From: an uncultured Actinomycetota bacterium
GTDB taxonomy: Bacteria > Actinomycetota > Actinomycetes > Propionibacteriales > Nocardioidaceae
Assembly: GCA_963824105.1 (NCBI GenBank)
Contig: CAWGNN010000009.1
Span: 500,279 to 564,278 of the forward strand
Direction of reading: 5' to 3'
Length of the DNA stretch: 64,000 nt
A program made the position numbers and the translations under genes. Each line of letters begins with the position of its first letter. Positions within the stretch are counted from its first letter, which is position 1. Positions 27,457-42,156 of this stretch are shown here, piece after piece. The notes under the pieces were generated by a model. It worked only from the letters and a program-made list of their open reading frames with translations. It searched no databases and was not told the origin of the DNA.

Positions 27457-27655
27457 CCCAGCGTTCATCCCGGCTTCGGGCGTGTCGCCCCTGTGCTGTC
27501 TGGGGAGAGGCTTACCGTGCTCGTGACGGCGAGTGGGGAAGCTCGTCGCCTCGGGAGGCCCGATTCGTGAAATATCGCGACTCAGCAGGAGCCGGGGATC
27601 CGCACTCGGATCTTCGGGCCCGGTCCCGGTCCGACCACCAGGACCGGGGCGCTGA

Positions 27656-29002
27656 GTGCGCGTGCCGTTCCACGAGGAGTGCACCGTGCCGCAGCCCCAG
27701 ATCGACTCCGATGCACACCGGACCTACGTCCTCGACACGAGCGTCCTGCTGGCAGATCCGTCGGCGATCTTCCGCTTCGACGAGCATGAGGTCGTGCTGC
27801 CGGTCGTAGTCATCACCGAGCTTGAGGGCAAACGGCACCATCCGGAGCTTGGCTACTTCGCGCGATCCGCGCTGCGCCACCTGGACGAGCTGCGCATCCG
27901 GACCGGTCGGTTGGACAACCCGGTCCCCATCAACGACATCGGCGGGACTGTTCGGGTCGAGCTCAACCACACCGACCCGGAGTCGCTTCCTTCCGGCTTC
28001 CGGCTCGGGGACAACGACTCGCGCATCCTGGCCGTCGCCCGGAACCTGGCCAACGAGGGCCACCGCGTCACGCTGATCTCCAAGGACCTGCCGATGCGGA
28101 TCAAGGCATCCGCGGTGGGACTGGACGCCGAGGAGTATCGAGCCGAGCTCGCCGTGGAGTCCGGTTGGACCGGGATGGTCGAGGTCGAGGTGGCCGCCGC
28201 AGAGATCGATGAGCTGTACGACGACCTCACGATCGACCTGGAAGAGGCCCGGGATCTGCCCTGCCACACCGGACTTGTCCTGCTTTCGGATCGGGGCAGC
28301 GCCCTCGGCCGGGTCGGCAACGACAAGCGGGTGCACCTGGTCCGAGGTGACCGGGAGGCCTTCGGCATCCACGGCCGCTCCGCCGAGCAGCGGATCGCCC
28401 TGGATCTGCTCCTCGACCCGGAGATCGGGATCGTCTCTCTGGGTGGCCGGGCCGGCACCGGCAAGTCCGCGATGGCGCTGTGCGCCGGTCTCGAGGCGGT
28501 GCTGGAGCGCCGCCAGCACCGCAAGGTGGTGGTCTTCAGGCCGCTCTACGCCGTCGGTGGCCAGGAGCTGGGCTACCTCCCGGGTAGCGAGTCGGAGAAG
28601 ATGTCGCCCTGGGCGCAGGCGGTCTTCGACACCCTCGGTGCGATCACCTCCACCGACGTGATCGAGGAGGTGCTCGACCGAGGCATGCTCGAGGTGATGC
28701 CGCTGACCCACATCCGCGGACGCTCCCTGCACGACGCGTTCGTGATCGTCGACGAGGCTCAGTCCCTGGAGCGCAACGTGTTGCTGACCGTGCTGTCCCG
28801 GGTCGGCACCAACTCCAAGGTGGTGCTCACCCACGACGTCGCGCAGCGTGACAACCTCCGGGTCGGCCGTCACGACGGCGTGGTCGCCGTGGTCGAGCGG
28901 TTGAAGGGCCATCCGCTCTTCGCCCACGTGACGCTCACCCGATCCGAGCGGTCGCCGATCGCCGCGTTGGTCACCGACATGCTGGAACACCTCGGCGTCT
29001 GA
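27656..29002 (+). CDS. phoH2: PhoH2: PIN-domain RNase fused to PhoH-like ATPase
   Basis: N-terminal PIN (YVLDTSVLL), Walker [13 protein letters not shown] box (VIVDEAQS). Confidence 0.88.
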   Translation: MRVPFHEECTVPQPQIDSDAHRTYVLDTSVLLADPSAIFRFDEHEVVLPVVVITELEGKRHHPELGYFARSALRHLDELRIRTGRLDNPVPINDIGGTVRVELNHTDPESLPSGFRLGDNDSRILAVARNLANEGHRVTLISKDLPMRIKASAVGLDAEEYRAELAVESGWTGMVEVEVAAAEIDELYDDLTIDLEEARDLPCHTGLVLLSDRGSALGRVGNDKRVHLVRGDREAFGIHGRSAEQRIALDLLLDPEIGIVSLGGRAGTGKSAMALCAGLEAVLERRQHRKVVVFRPLYAVGGQELGYLPGSESEKMSPWAQAVFDTLGAITSTDVIEEVLDRGMLEVMPLTHIRGRSLHDAFVIVDEAQSLERNVLLTVLSRVGTNSKVVLTHDVAQRDNLRVGRHDGVVAVVERLKGHPLFAHVTLTRSERSPIAALVTDMLEHLGV

Positions 29003-29076
29003 GCCGCTCGGATGAGGCGCCGATTTGCCGAATCGGGCAAACACCGGGATCGTGGTGCGGGTGCGCCCCGGCCGGG

Positions 29077-29742
29077 GTGACGCGCTGCCGACCCGATGGT
29101 GCCATGAACACGTTGAGGACCGACCGCCCCAAGCCGGGCCGCCACCGCGCCGAGCGGCCGTCAACGGTGCCCGGTCGCAGGGTGACCATCGCGGTGTCGC
29201 TGATGGTGACCGCCGCGCTCGCCGTGTCGGTCGGCGTGGTCGGTGCACAGCCCAGCGGAGAGACCGCTTACGCGGCCGCAGCCGACATCTCTCTCGTGCC
29301 GCCCGACACCAGCCCCGCGTTCCCCGTGAATCGACCGTTGCCGGTCTCGCGGTCCTTCGCGCGCAGCGTCGTGCCCTTCAAGAAGAGCCAGCTGGCCCTG
29401 GAGAACGGCGGGCAGGCCACCAAGTCGGTCGACCTGACCGGCCAGGACCCCCGCACCATCGCCAAGGCGATGCTGCTGAAGTTCGGCTTCGGCTCCGATC
29501 AGTTCACCTGTCTCAACACGCTGTGGGACCGGGAGAGCCACTGGCGGGTCAACGCCCACAACGCGTCCTCGGGGGCCTACGGCATCCCGCAGGCCTTGCC
29601 GGGGTCGAAGATGGCTTCGGCGGGCGCGGACTGGCAGACCAATGCCGCCACGCAGATCAAGTGGGGCCTGGGCTACATCAAGGCGCGCTACGGGTCGCCG
29701 TGCGGAGCGCTCGCCCACAGCAACTCGGTCGGCTGGTACTGA
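29077..29742 (+). CDS. secreted lysozyme-like / transglycosylase-like cell-wall protein
   Basis: Signal/TM segment. C-terminal WDRESHWRVNAHNASSGAYGIPQALPGSKM...QIKWGLGYIKARYGSPCGA domain typical of actinobacterial SLT-like secreted proteins. The start may be ATG 29104. Confidence 0.6.
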   Translation: MTRCRPDGAMNTLRTDRPKPGRHRAERPSTVPGRRVTIAVSLMVTAALAVSVGVVGAQPSGETAYAAAADISLVPPDTSPAFPVNRPLPVSRSFARSVVPFKKSQLALENGGQATKSVDLTGQDPRTIAKAMLLKFGFGSDQFTCLNTLWDRESHWRVNAHNASSGAYGIPQALPGSKMASAGADWQTNAATQIKWGLGYIKARYGSPCGALAHSNSVGWY

Positions 29743-29754
29743 GCAGTCCGAAGC

Positions 29755-31134
<1,380 letters not shown>

Positions 31135-31168
31135 ATCGCCGAGGCTACTCGGCGGATCGGGTCCCGCG

Positions 31169-31780
31169 TCAGGCTCGGCCGATGTAGAGGAAGTAGCGCT
31201 CGTCGCGGCCCTGCAGGTCGACGGTGCGCGCTAGGCCCTCGGCGCCGGTGAAGACCTCGGCCATGGATCGCTGCAGAGCGGGGCTCGGCGCCGCCGACCA
31301 GATCACAGCCACTCCCTGGGGGTTGAGCCGACTCCGGAGACGTCGCAGGAACGTGTCGGTGTACGCCCGCTCGTTGGCCTCGTGCACCAGGTAGCCGGGC
31401 CCGTTGTCGATGTCGAGGAGAGCCACGTCATAGGTCGCATCGGTCCCGCGCACGTGGTCGACCAGGTCGGCCACGACGATCTCCAGGCGAGGGTCGGCCG
31501 ACAGGTGGGGGTTCTGCGGCACCAGTCCGGACGTCACCCAGTCGACCACCGGCTGCTCGATCTCCACGACGGTGAGCCGCTCGACTCTCCGATCCTCGAG
31601 GCAGGTCGCCGCCGTGAACCCCAGTCCCAGCCCACCGACCAGTACTGCCGCCGGCGACGGGCTCTGTCCCAGCCCCACCCGGGCGAGCTCCCGCTCGGTC
31701 GTGGTGTGGTCGGAGTCCATCACGAAGACTCCGTTCACCCGGAGCTCCACCGACCCGTCCTCGCGCGCCAGGAGCACCAC
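31169..31780 (-). CDS. spermidine synthase-like methyltransferase-fold protein
   Basis: [11 protein letters not shown] glycine-rich motif, [13 protein letters not shown]. Only the C-terminal third of the 653-aa track ORF looks real. GTG start is tentative. Confidence 0.5.
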   Translation of the reverse strand: MVLLAREDGSVELRVNGVFVMDSDHTTTERELARVGLGQSPSPAAVLVGGLGLGFTAATCLEDRRVERLTVVEIEQPVVDWVTSGLVPQNPHLSADPRLEIVVADLVDHVRGTDATYDVALLDIDNGPGYLVHEANERAYTDTFLRRLRSRLNPQGVAVIWSAAPSPALQRSMAEVFTGAEGLARTVDLQGRDERYFLYIGRA

Positions 31781-31818
31781 CTCGCCACGCGGGGTGACCG
31801 CCCGGCCCAGCTCCTCGG

Positions 31819-33515
<1,697 letters not shown>

Positions 33516-33519
<4 letters not shown>

Positions 33520-34430
33520 TGGTGGCGCTCCTGGGATGCCGAACGCGAGGCAACCCTCGCGAGTGCTCTGGCGTAGAGAGGGAAGAGGGCCGGGGGTAGG
33601 TCATGGCCCATGCCGGGGATCAGAATCATCTCGGCTCGGGGGATCGCCCGTGCGGTCTCGCGGCCGCCGGAGGCGTGGATCAACCGGTCATCGAGACCAT
33701 GGATGACCAGCGTCGGCATGGCCAGCCCGGCGAGCTTCTCGGTCCGGTTGTCCTGGCGTGCGATAGCGATGGACTGGTGCATCACGCCCGCCTCGTTGAC
33801 GCCCCGCATCCAGGTGGCGCGGGCCCGGTCGGTCGCCTCCACCCAGTCGTAGGGATAGCCCGGGGAGGCGACCTTTCGCCAGAAGTCCAGGCTCGACTCG
33901 ACGTACTCGTCCTCGGTGCGGGCGCTGCGCCGGACCAGATCGGGGAGCAGCCGCAGATCCCAGCCGATGTAGAGCCGGCGAGGAGCCGATGAGATCGACG
34001 TCAGGCTGAGCATGCGTTCGGGTGCCGCGAGCGCCATCGACTGGGCGATCATCCCGCCCATCGACACCCCGGCCACGTGGGCCTTGCCGACCCCGAGGTG
34101 GTCGAGTAGGGCAACGATGTCGCCGGCCATGTCGTAGAGGGTGTAGGCGATGGGGACGGGAAGCCCCGCCATGGCCCGGGCGAGGTCGAGACGAGTCGGC
34201 TCCGGGGCTCCGACGCCGGACGATCGGCCCGAGTCTCGGTTGTCGAAGCGGATGACGTAGAACCCCTTCTCGACGAGCATCTCGATGAGGTGGGGATCCC
34301 ACCAGGTCATCGGGCCGCCGAGGCCCATGACCAGCACGAGGGGTTCGGCCGAGCGCTCACCGAAGGTCTGGTAGCACAGCTCCACGCCGGTCTGGAGCGA
34401 GGCGAACTCTTCCTCTGGTTGCGCGGTCAT
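33516..34430 (-). CDS. alpha/beta hydrolase
   Basis: GVSMGG nucleophile elbow, HG..D and GMGHD C-terminal His motif. Confidence 0.75.
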
Positions 34431-34445
34431 GCTTCCCCCGTGGGC

Positions 34446-35474
34446 TCAGTGCTCGAAGTCGATGGCGGCGTAGGCGCGCAGCTTCTGCAGCTTGTGGTCC
34501 GAGACGATCGAGCGGATGGTGCCGCTGCGCGACCTCATGACCAGGGAGTGGGTGCTGGCACCCCCGGCGAAATAGCGAACGCCCTGCATCAGCTCTCCGT
34601 CCGTGATGCCCGTCGCGACGAAGAAGACGTCGTTGCTGGTGACCAGCTCGTCGGTGCTGAGCACGTGGTCGACATCGAGGTTGTGGCCCGCGTCGATCGC
34701 GCGCTGGCGCTCCTCATCGCTGGTCGGATGGAGCCGTCCTTGGATGATCCCGTCCAGGCACTTCATCGCGCAGGCGGCGATGATCCCCTCGGGTGTCCCG
34801 CCGATGCCCATCAACAGGTCGACTCCGGTCCCCGCACGGGCCGCCATGATGGCGCCGGCGACGTCACCGTCGCTGATGAACTTGATCCGCGCGCCGGTGG
34901 CGCGGATCTCCTCCACCATCGTCTGGTGACGCGGCCGATCCAAGATGACCACGGTGACGTCCTCGGGGTGGGCTCTCTTAGCCTTGGCGACCTGGTGGAT
35001 GTTCTCCGCCACCGGGTAGCGGATGTCGACGACGTCCGCCGCCTCGGGGCCGGTCACCAGCTTCTCCATGTAGAAGACCGCAGACGGGTCGTACATCGAC
35101 CCTCGTGGTGCCACCGCCATCACCGAGATGGCGTTGGCCATCCCCTTCGCAGCCAACGTCGTGCCGTCGATCGGGTCCACCGCCACGTCGCAGTCGGGTC
35201 CGTCGCCTGAGCCGACCTGCTCGCCGTTGAACAGCATGGGGGCGTCGTCCTTCTCGCCCTCGCCGATGACCACGACGCCGTTCATCCCGACCGAGGAGAT
35301 CAGCACCCGCATTGCGTTGACGGCGACCTCGTCGGCGCCGTTCTTGTCGCCTCGGCCGACCCAACGTCCAGCGGCCATCGCGGCCGCTTCGGTGACCCGA
35401 ACGAGCTCGAGAGCAAGGTTTCGGTCAGGGGCGTCCTCGGCGGCGGCCAGCGGTGCGGGGATCTGGTCAACCAT
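34446..35474 (-). CDS. glpX: class II fructose-1,6-bisphosphatase
   Basis: Full-length GlpX similarity ([15 protein letters not shown]). The N-terminal 298 aa of the track ORF are a high-GC artefact. Start at MVDQIP. Confidence 0.93.
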   Translation of the reverse strand: MVDQIPAPLAAAEDAPDRNLALELVRVTEAAAMAAGRWVGRGDKNGADEVAVNAMRVLISSVGMNGVVVIGEGEKDDAPMLFNGEQVGSGDGPDCDVAVDPIDGTTLAAKGMANAISVMAVAPRGSMYDPSAVFYMEKLVTGPEAADVVDIRYPVAENIHQVAKAKRAHPEDVTVVILDRPRHQTMVEEIRATGARIKFISDGDVAGAIMAARAGTGVDLLMGIGGTPEGIIAACAMKCLDGIIQGRLHPTSDEERQRAIDAGHNLDVDHVLSTDELVTSNDVFFVATGITDGELMQGVRYFAGGASTHSLVMRSRSGTIRSIVSDHKLQKLRAYAAIDFEH

Positions 35475-35479
35475 GTCGC

Positions 35480-36565
35480 TCAGTTTAGCGAAGGGGTTTG
35501 GCCCGCCTTGGCCGGAAGGACGGTCAGCTCGGTCGCCTTGGCGGTGGCCCACACCTCGGCCCCGGGCTCCAGCCCGAGCTCCACGACCGACTCGGGGAGT
35601 ACGTCGGCAAGCAGGGGGAATCCCACATCCAGCTCCACCCGCACCGTGTCGCCGAGTCGGGCCAGCGCCACCACTCGGCCGTGCCACTTGTTGCGAGCGC
35701 TCCCGGTGGGAGCGGTGGTGGCAAGGGTGACCGCGCTCGGCCGGAGGGTCACCTGTTGGGGCCCGTCGCAGCGGGTGCCGGTCTCCACCCGGATGCCCCC
35801 AGGCAGGGCGACGGCCGTGCCGGTGCCGGTGCCCACCAGCACGTTCAGCCCGGCGAGCCGAGCGGCGTGGGCCGAGGTCGGTTGGGTGGCGACCTGCCAG
35901 GGCGGCGCGTCCTGCACCACACGGCCCGCCTCCATCACGCAGACCCGGTCCGCAAGGGTCAGGGCGTCGATCGGGTCGTGGGTCACCAGCAGGGCCACCC
36001 CGGAGAACTCGGCGAGTCGGTCCCGAAGCGCAGTGCGCATCTCCGCTGCGGCTCCGACATCGAGCGCCGAGAAGGGCTCGTCGAGTAGGAGCAGGTCCGG
36101 CTCGGTCGCGAGCGAGCGGGCCAGTGCGACCCGTTGGCGTTGACCCCCGGAGAGCTGCTGTGGCCGGCGGCTGCCGTACTCGGCCAGCCCCATCCGGCTC
36201 AGCCAGCCGTCGGCGGTCGCCAGCGCCTGTCGCCGGCCGGTGCCCCGCATGCGCAGGCCGAAAGCGATGTTGGAACGTACGTCGAGGTGTGGGAAGAGGA
36301 GCGGGTCCTGGCTCATCAGGCCGATGCGCCGACGGTGGGTCGGAACCAGGGGGGTATCTCCGTCCTGCCACTCGATCCCGCCCGCCTTGATGTGCGAACC
36401 CTGGGCGCTGACCAGGCCGGCGAGGGTGCGCAACAGGGTCGACTTCCCGGCGCCGTTCGGCCCGACGAGCACGATCACCTCTCCCGGGAGTGCCGAGAGC
36501 TCGACCTCGAGGTCGAATTCGGCTCGGGTCACGTGCAGCCGGGTGCTCAGAAGTGGCTCTGTCAT
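35480..36565 (-). CDS. modC: molybdate ABC transporter ATP-binding protein with C-terminal TOBE domain
   Basis: [37 protein letters not shown] overlap with modB. Confidence 0.88.
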   Translation of the reverse strand: MTEPLLSTRLHVTRAEFDLEVELSALPGEVIVLVGPNGAGKSTLLRTLAGLVSAQGSHIKAGGIEWQDGDTPLVPTHRRRIGLMSQDPLLFPHLDVRSNIAFGLRMRGTGRRQALATADGWLSRMGLAEYGSRRPQQLSGGQRQRVALARSLATEPDLLLLDEPFSALDVGAAAEMRTALRDRLAEFSGVALLVTHDPIDALTLADRVCVMEAGRVVQDAPPWQVATQPTSAHAARLAGLNVLVGTGTGTAVALPGGIRVETGTRCDGPQQVTLRPSAVTLATTAPTGSARNKWHGRVVALARLGDTVRVELDVGFPLLADVLPESVVELGLEPGAEVWATAKATELTVLPAKAGQTPSLN

Positions 36566-37353
36566 CGGGTCAGGCCTCCGACCCATCGGCCGCGGAGGAG
36601 GAAGAGGACCGCCACCGAGACGACCAGGAGCACCACACTGAGCGCGATCGCGGTATCGGTGCTGATCTGCAGAGCGCCGTAGATCGCCAGCGGGAATGTC
36701 TGGGTGACTCCCGGGTAGTTGCCGGCGAAGGTGATGGTGGCGCCGAACTCACCGATCGACCGCGCCCAGGCCAGCGCGGCCCCGGCAGTGACCCCGGGCA
36801 GTGCCATGGGCAAGGTCACCCGGGTGAAGGTCGTCCATCGGTCGGCGCCCAGCACCGCTGCCGCGACGTCGTACTCCTCATCGACGGTGGTGAGCGATCC
36901 CTCGACGGCAAGGATGTAGAAGGGGAGGGCCACGAACGTGTGGGCCATGATCACTGCCACCGTCGTGAACGGCACGGTCACCCCGAGTGTGGCGTGCAGC
37001 CATCCTCCGATCACGCTGGTGCGTCCGAACGCAGCCAGCAGCGCCACCCCGGCCACCACCGGGGGCAGGACGAGGGGGATCATCAGGCCTGCTCGCAGCA
37101 GGCTCACACCGCGGCGATGCGACCGGGCGAGCACGTAGGCCAACGGGGTGCCCAGCACTGCGACGAGGACCACGGTCACGACCGAGGTCATCAAGGTCAG
37201 CCAGAGCGCAGTCAGCGTTCCGGGCTCGACGAGCAGAGAGGCCACGCTCGGCCACGGGGCGGCAAGCAGGAGGCCGATCAGGGGGAGCACCACGAAGGCC
37301 GCCCCGAGTGTCGCCGGGACGACCAGCCGGATCGGGACGCGACGTTCAGCCAC
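36562..37353 (-). CDS. modB: molybdate ABC transporter permease
   Basis: 6 TM helices. EAA-loop-like region [14 protein letters not shown] typical of ModB/CysTW. Confidence 0.85.
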   Translation of the reverse strand: MAERRVPIRLVVPATLGAAFVVLPLIGLLLAAPWPSVASLLVEPGTLTALWLTLMTSVVTVVLVAVLGTPLAYVLARSHRRGVSLLRAGLMIPLVLPPVVAGVALLAAFGRTSVIGGWLHATLGVTVPFTTVAVIMAHTFVALPFYILAVEGSLTTVDEEYDVAAAVLGADRWTTFTRVTLPMALPGVTAGAALAWARSIGEFGATITFAGNYPGVTQTFPLAIYGALQISTDTAIALSVVLLVVSVAVLFLLRGRWVGGLTR

Positions 37354-38110
37354 CGGGGGTGAACCCCGCGTCGGCCAGCACCTTCTGGCCGGCCGGCGAC
37401 TCGACGAAGTCCACGAACGCCGCGGCGAGCTGCTGTTGGCTCGAGTCGTTGATCGTGGCGATGTAGTAGTCGGTCATGATCGGCGATGGCAGTGGGAGTG
37501 CCACGAGCTTGCCGCCGCTCGCGGCCACGTCGGTCGCGTAGACCAGGCCGGCGTCGGCGTTGCCGCTCTCGATCTTGGTGACGACCGCTTGGACATCGGT
37601 CTCGAGGCTGGCCGGCTGATGCTGGATCCCGGCATCGGCCAAGGCGGTATGGGCCAGGGCTCCACACGGGGCCTCGGGCACGCAGACGACGTAGGTGACC
37701 GACCCGTTGTCGAGGTCGGACATGGCGGTGATCCCGGCGGGGTTGTCGGAGGGAACGGCGAGCACCAGCCTGTTGCTGGCGAATATCGTGGGGGTCCCCA
37801 CCGACCCGGCTGCACTGGCCATGGTGCGCTGGTCGGCGGTCGCGAAGACATCCCCGGGCGCTCCTTGCACGACCTGCTGGGCGAGGACCGCGCTGGAGCC
37901 GAGGACCACCTCGACGTGCACCCCGCGACGGCTCCCCTCGAACTGCTTGGCAAGCGTCTGGAACGAGGTGGCCAGGGAGCTCGCCGCGAGCACTCTCACG
38001 GTGGTGGTCTGCGCTCCGCACGCGGTGAGCGGAAGCATCGACAGGACTGCGGCCGCCACCACGGCCGGCGTGCGATGCAGCCACCGACTAGGCACGTTCC
38101 ACCACCACAT
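37346..38110 (-). CDS. modA: molybdate-binding periplasmic lipoprotein
   Basis: Lipobox LPLTAC, ModA-like fold motifs (ASGSS.L..Q pattern). Operon context. Confidence 0.8.
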   Translation of the reverse strand: MWWWNVPSRWLHRTPAVVAAAVLSMLPLTACGAQTTTVRVLAASSLATSFQTLAKQFEGSRRGVHVEVVLGSSAVLAQQVVQGAPGDVFATADQRTMASAAGSVGTPTIFASNRLVLAVPSDNPAGITAMSDLDNGSVTYVVCVPEAPCGALAHTALADAGIQHQPASLETDVQAVVTKIESGNADAGLVYATDVAASGGKLVALPLPSPIMTDYYIATINDSSQQQLAAAFVDFVESPAGQKVLADAGFTPGG

Positions 38111-38474
38111 TGGTGGACTTGATCGACGCGACCGCGCGCACGCCGGGCTCCAGCCCGAGCTCCTTCACCGCTTCAGAGCTCATCAGGCTGACCACTCGGA
38201 AGGGTCCGCAGGCCAGCTCGACCTGGGCCATCACGGTGTCGGTGATGACCGAGGTGACCACCCCACGGAACCGGTTGCGAGCGCTCACGCGGGCGGTGGA
38301 GTCGTCGGGGTCCTCGCGCAGCTCTAGAGCGACGCGGGCGACATCGCGACCGTCGACACGAATCGGTCCGGGGCCCTCCAGCGCCGGCAGGCGACCCGTC
38401 TCGACCCAACGCCGTACGGTGTCGTCGCTCACCCCGAGAACTTCGGCCGCTTCCGCGATCCGGTAGGTATTCAC
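38088..38474 (-). CDS. MerR/excisionase-type HTH + TOBE (Mop) molybdate-responsive regulator
   Basis: YRIAEAAEVLGVSDDTVRRWVETGRL HTH plus SARNRFRGVVTSV...ASIKSTNVVV TOBE domain. GTG start. Confidence 0.75.
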   Translation of the reverse strand: MNTYRIAEAAEVLGVSDDTVRRWVETGRLPALEGPGPIRVDGRDVARVALELREDPDDSTARVSARNRFRGVVTSVITDTVMAQVELACGPFRVVSLMSSEAVKELGLEPGVRAVASIKSTNVVVERA

Positions 38475-38605
38475 GCTCAGATGATTCCGTGGATGCGGGA
38501 GATTCTCAAGCCTTTCTCCGCGAGCGCGGAACCCGGCGTGTCCACTCGGAGTCGCAGTGGAGACCCGCGCGAGGGCTTCTAGGGGCGCCTTGGCAGGATG
38601 TCCGG

Positions 38606-39148
38606 GTGACCGAGCAGCCCTCCCGCTACCAGCGCAGCTTCGGCGGCCTCGTCGGGGCGCTGATCGTGGCGATCGCCGTGATCGCGGGCTATGTGGTGTT
38701 CCGGGCCATCCTCCGGGTCGATCCACCCGACCCCGTGCAAGCGGTCGACTACGTGGCGGCAGCGAGCTACGCCCAGCAGCAGATCAGCTTTCCGATCGCC
38801 GCTCCCACCGAGCTGCCTCCCGGCTGGATTGCCACCAGCGCGTCATCGCGAATCGCACCCGAGCCCCGCTGGCACCTGGGGATGCTGACTCAGAACCGCA
38901 AGTACGTCGGAGTCGAGGAGTCGACGCTGACCCCCGAGGAGATGGCCAAGGCGGCGATCGACCCTGCCGCGACCCAGGGGGCCGACGTCTCCGCGGGAGG
39001 CGTGACCTGGCAACGGTGGACCGGACCGGGGGACAACATCGCCTATGTCCGCCGGGCCCAGGGCTACACCCTCCTGCTGGTGACGACCGCTGGCGACGAC
39101 ACGCTCCAGATCCTCATCTCGACGCTGCCGCCCTCAGCTCTCGGCTGA
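38606..39148 (+). CDS. DUF4245-like membrane-anchored protein (Rv1100 position)
   Basis: N-terminal TM helix (LVGALIVAIAVIAGYVVF). Conserved location next to glpX/mod. Confidence 0.5.
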   Translation: MTEQPSRYQRSFGGLVGALIVAIAVIAGYVVFRAILRVDPPDPVQAVDYVAAASYAQQQISFPIAAPTELPPGWIATSASSRIAPEPRWHLGMLTQNRKYVGVEESTLTPEEMAKAAIDPAATQGADVSAGGVTWQRWTGPGDNIAYVRRAQGYTLLLVTTAGDDTLQILISTLPPSALG

Positions 39149-39355
39149 CCCATCGGGGGTCCCGGTGGCCGCCTCGAGCCGTTTGCGGGCCCCATCGAGC
39201 CAGCCTTGGCACTCCGTGGCGAGGTGCTCACCGCGTTCCCAGAGCGCCAGGGTCTCCTCGAGCGTGATGCCGCCGGCTTCGAGTCGCTGCACCACGGAGG
39301 CGAGCTCCTCGCGCGCCTCCTCGTAGCTCGGACCGGTGGCGCCGGGGTCAGTCAT
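39134..39355 (-). CDS. xseB: exodeoxyribonuclease VII small subunit
   Basis: [36 protein letters not shown] is canonical XseB. Overlaps xseA. Confidence 0.92.
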   Translation of the reverse strand: MTDPGATGPSYEEAREELASVVQRLEAGGITLEETLALWERGEHLATECQGWLDGARKRLEAATGTPDGSAES

Positions 39356-40583
39356 GGGGGTCCTCCTCGGGTTGAACGTCTGTCACGGTGGCGCCGAACT
39401 GACCGTCCCGCACCCGGACGGTCACCACCGATGACGGGGCCACGTCGGCGGTGCGCCGGACGACCTGGCCGGTGTCGTCGAGCACGACCGCGTAGCCGCG
39501 CTCCAACGTGGCCAGCGGTGACAGCGACCTGATGCGGGCCAGGTGCTGGGTGAGCTCGTCGGTGTGGCGGGCCAGGGTGTGACGGAGCACGACGCGGGAG
39601 CGGTCGCGCAGGGCGCCGACCTCCACCGCCCGTTGTCTGATCGCCTCCGTCGGAGCGGCGATGGCCGGGCGGCTCCGGGTCTGGTCCAACCACCGCTGCT
39701 CGGCATCGATGCGGCTGCGCAGCAGGCTGACCGCCCGGCCGCGCAGGCTGTTGACCCGGTCCAGCTCCTCCCCGACGTCGGGCACGACCCGCTTGGCCGC
39801 GTCCGTGGGTGTCGAGGCACGTAGATCGGCAACTAGGTCCAACAGCGGCTGGTCGGGCTCATGACCGATGGCGGAGACCACCGGGGTGCCGGCAGCGGCG
39901 ACGGCGCGGAGCAGACCCTCGTCGGAGAACGGCAGCAGGTCCTCCACCGAGCCGCCCCCTCGCGCGATGACGATGACCTCGACACCGGGGTCGGCGTCGA
40001 GCTCAGCGAGCGCCTCGATGATCTCGCGCGCTGCGGACGGGCCCTGGACGGCGGTGTTGACCACCCGGAAACCGACTGCCGGCCACCGGAGCCGGGCATT
40101 CTCCAGGACGTCGCGCTCAGCGGCGGACTGCCTGCCGGTGATCAGTCCGATCGTGCCGGGCAGGAACGGGAGTCGCTTCTTGCGGGCGGGGTCGAAGAGG
40201 CCCTCGGCTGCGAGGAGCTGACGGCGACGCTCGATCTGAGCGAGCAGCTCACCCAGCCCGATGGTGCGGATGTCGTCGACAGCAAGGCTCAGCGTGCCGC
40301 GCCCGGCGTAGAAGTCGGGGCGACCGTGCATGACGACCTGTGCGCCCTCGACCACGGGCGGGTTGATCGAGTCGAAGACCGACCGAGGGCAGGTCACGCT
40401 GAGGGAGACGTCGGCGCTGCTGTCCCGCAGAGTCATGAAGACCAGGCCCATCCCCTGGCGACGGCTTAGCTGGGCGATCTGTCCCTCGACCCATACCGCC
40501 CCGAGGCGGCCCACCCAGCCGGAGATGAGGTTGGAGATCTGCCGGACCGGCGCCGGATGCTCGGGGCTGGTCTCCAGGGGCAT
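39348..40583 (-). CDS. xseA: exodeoxyribonuclease VII large subunit
   Basis: OB-fold N-terminus (VWVEGQI), [20 protein letters not shown]. Start at MPLETS. Confidence 0.92.
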   Translation of the reverse strand: MPLETSPEHPAPVRQISNLISGWVGRLGAVWVEGQIAQLSRRQGMGLVFMTLRDSSADVSLSVTCPRSVFDSINPPVVEGAQVVMHGRPDFYAGRGTLSLAVDDIRTIGLGELLAQIERRRQLLAAEGLFDPARKKRLPFLPGTIGLITGRQSAAERDVLENARLRWPAVGFRVVNTAVQGPSAAREIIEALAELDADPGVEVIVIARGGGSVEDLLPFSDEGLLRAVAAAGTPVVSAIGHEPDQPLLDLVADLRASTPTDAAKRVVPDVGEELDRVNSLRGRAVSLLRSRIDAEQRWLDQTRSRPAIAAPTEAIRQRAVEVGALRDRSRVVLRHTLARHTDELTQHLARIRSLSPLATLERGYAVVLDDTGQVVRRTADVAPSSVVTVRVRDGQFGATVTDVQPEEDPHD

Positions 40584-40637
40584 GAGTCGCACCCTACGAC
40601 GGGGCTCCCCCGGTGGCATCTATGAGTGGCACCTACC

Positions 40638-41654
40638 ATGGGCGCCATGAGCAGTGCCGATCTGGGAATGCCGCCGGTGGTCGATCCTGCCGACGCCGAT
40701 CGGCTCGAGGTTCGGCTTGCGGCACCACGTGGCTACTGCGCGGGGGTCGACCGGGCCGTCATCACCGTGGAGAAGGCGCTCGACCTCTACGGCAGTCCCG
40801 TCTACGTCCGCAAGCAGATCGTTCACAACAAGCACGTCGTCGCGGACCTGGAGTCCCGGGGCGCGGTCTTCGTCGACGAGCTCGACGAGGTGCCGTCGGG
40901 GGCGACCGTGGTCTTCTCCGCGCACGGGGTCTCACCCGCCGTGCACGCCGACGCCACCGAGCGCGGCCTCAAGACGATCGATGCCACCTGCCCGTTGGTG
41001 ACCAAGGTGCACCACGAGGCTCGCCGGTTCGCGAACGAGGACTACGACATCCTGCTCATCGGACACCAGGGTCACGAGGAGGTCGAGGGGACTGCAGGTG
41101 AGGCCCCGGGCCACATCCGGCTCGTGGAGAGCCCCGAGGACGTCGACCGCATCGAGGTGCGTGACCCGGACAAGGTGGCGTGGCTCTCCCAGACCACGCT
41201 CTCGGTGGACGAGACGATGGCGGTGGTCCAGCGGATCCGTGAGCGGTTCCCGAATCTCGTCGACCCTCCGTCGGACGACATCTGCTACGCGACCCAGAAC
41301 CGTCAGTCGGCGATCAAGGAGATCTCGCAGGGCGCCGACCTGGTGATCGTGGTCGGCTCCGGCAACTCCTCGAACTCGGTCCGCCTGGTCGAGGTCGCCC
41401 TCGAGGCGGGTGCCTCCGCGGCCCATCGGGTCGACGATGCCTCGGAGATCCGCGAGGAGTGGCTGGACGGGGTTGGCACCGTCAGCGTGACTTCGGGAGC
41501 CTCGGTCCCCGAGGAGCTGGTTCAGGGAGTCGTCGACTTCCTGCACGAGCGAGGCTTCCCGACCGCGACCTCGGTGCCGACCGCCGAGGAGTCCTTGACC
41601 TTCGCGCTGCCGCCAGAGCTTCGGCGCGACATGCGCGCAGCACAGTCGGGTTGA
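40638..41654 (+). CDS. ispH: 4-hydroxy-3-methylbut-2-enyl diphosphate reductase
   Basis: [37 protein letters not shown]. Start ambiguous (40626 GTG, 40638 or 40647 ATG). Confidence 0.93.
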   Translation: MGAMSSADLGMPPVVDPADADRLEVRLAAPRGYCAGVDRAVITVEKALDLYGSPVYVRKQIVHNKHVVADLESRGAVFVDELDEVPSGATVVFSAHGVSPAVHADATERGLKTIDATCPLVTKVHHEARRFANEDYDILLIGHQGHEEVEGTAGEAPGHIRLVESPEDVDRIEVRDPDKVAWLSQTTLSVDETMAVVQRIRERFPNLVDPPSDDICYATQNRQSAIKEISQGADLVIVVGSGNSSNSVRLVEVALEAGASAAHRVDDASEIREEWLDGVGTVSVTSGASVPEELVQGVVDFLHERGFPTATSVPTAEESLTFALPPELRRDMRAAQSG

Positions 41655-41666
41655 CCGCCGAGCGTC

Positions 41667-42116
41667 TCAGTTGAGACCTGGTACGCCGTCGTCCCCGGCG
41701 AGCAGCGCCTTGAGCAGGTCACGCCAGGTGATGATCCCTATCGGCTCCCGATCGGCGTTGATGATCGGGACACTCTCCACCTGGTGCTCGGTGAAGATCG
41801 CCGCGATCTCGGCCAGCTCGGTATCCGGACCGGCGCTGAGCGGATGGAGCTCCATGACCTGGTGCACCCGCTTGTTCAGGGTCGCGGTGTCGCGCTTGGC
41901 CTCGGACACCGTGCCGATGTAGGGCGAGAGCGCTCGCAGCATGTCGCGGTCCGAGAGGATGCCGACCAGCCGGCGCTCCTCGACGACCATGAGGTGCCGG
42001 ATCTTGCGGTGCTCGAAGAGCTCCTTGACCAGGACCAGACGGTCGTCGAGCTCCACCGAGACCACGGTGCGGCTCATGATGTCCCTGGCTCGCTGGCCCA
42101 GCGCCGGAAGGCTCAT
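41667..42116 (-). CDS. CBS-domain pair protein
   Basis: Two CBS repeats (IMSRTVVSV..., HQVESVPIINADREPIGIITWRDLL). Start at MSLPAL. Confidence 0.8.
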   Translation of the reverse strand: MSLPALGQRARDIMSRTVVSVELDDRLVLVKELFEHRKIRHLMVVEERRLVGILSDRDMLRALSPYIGTVSEAKRDTATLNKRVHQVMELHPLSAGPDTELAEIAAIFTEHQVESVPIINADREPIGIITWRDLLKALLAGDDGVPGLN

Positions 42117-42156
42117 GCCCACATGGTCGGCAGGATCGGGCGAATCCTGATAGGGA

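Noticed and set aside
29003-29103. Possible ydaO/cyclic-di-AMP riboswitch upstream of the secreted cell-wall protein
   Set aside because: Such riboswitches precede cell-wall hydrolase genes in actinobacteria, and GGGGTGA / CCGA-type fragments are present. But only about 100 nt is available, and I could not lay out the pseudo-twofold conserved helices by eye. It needs an Rfam RF00379 scan.
35475-36371. N-terminal 298 aa of the 641-aa track ORF 34446-36371
   Set aside because: This part is Arg/Pro-rich and overlaps modC in another frame. GlpX similarity begins at MVDQIP (35474).
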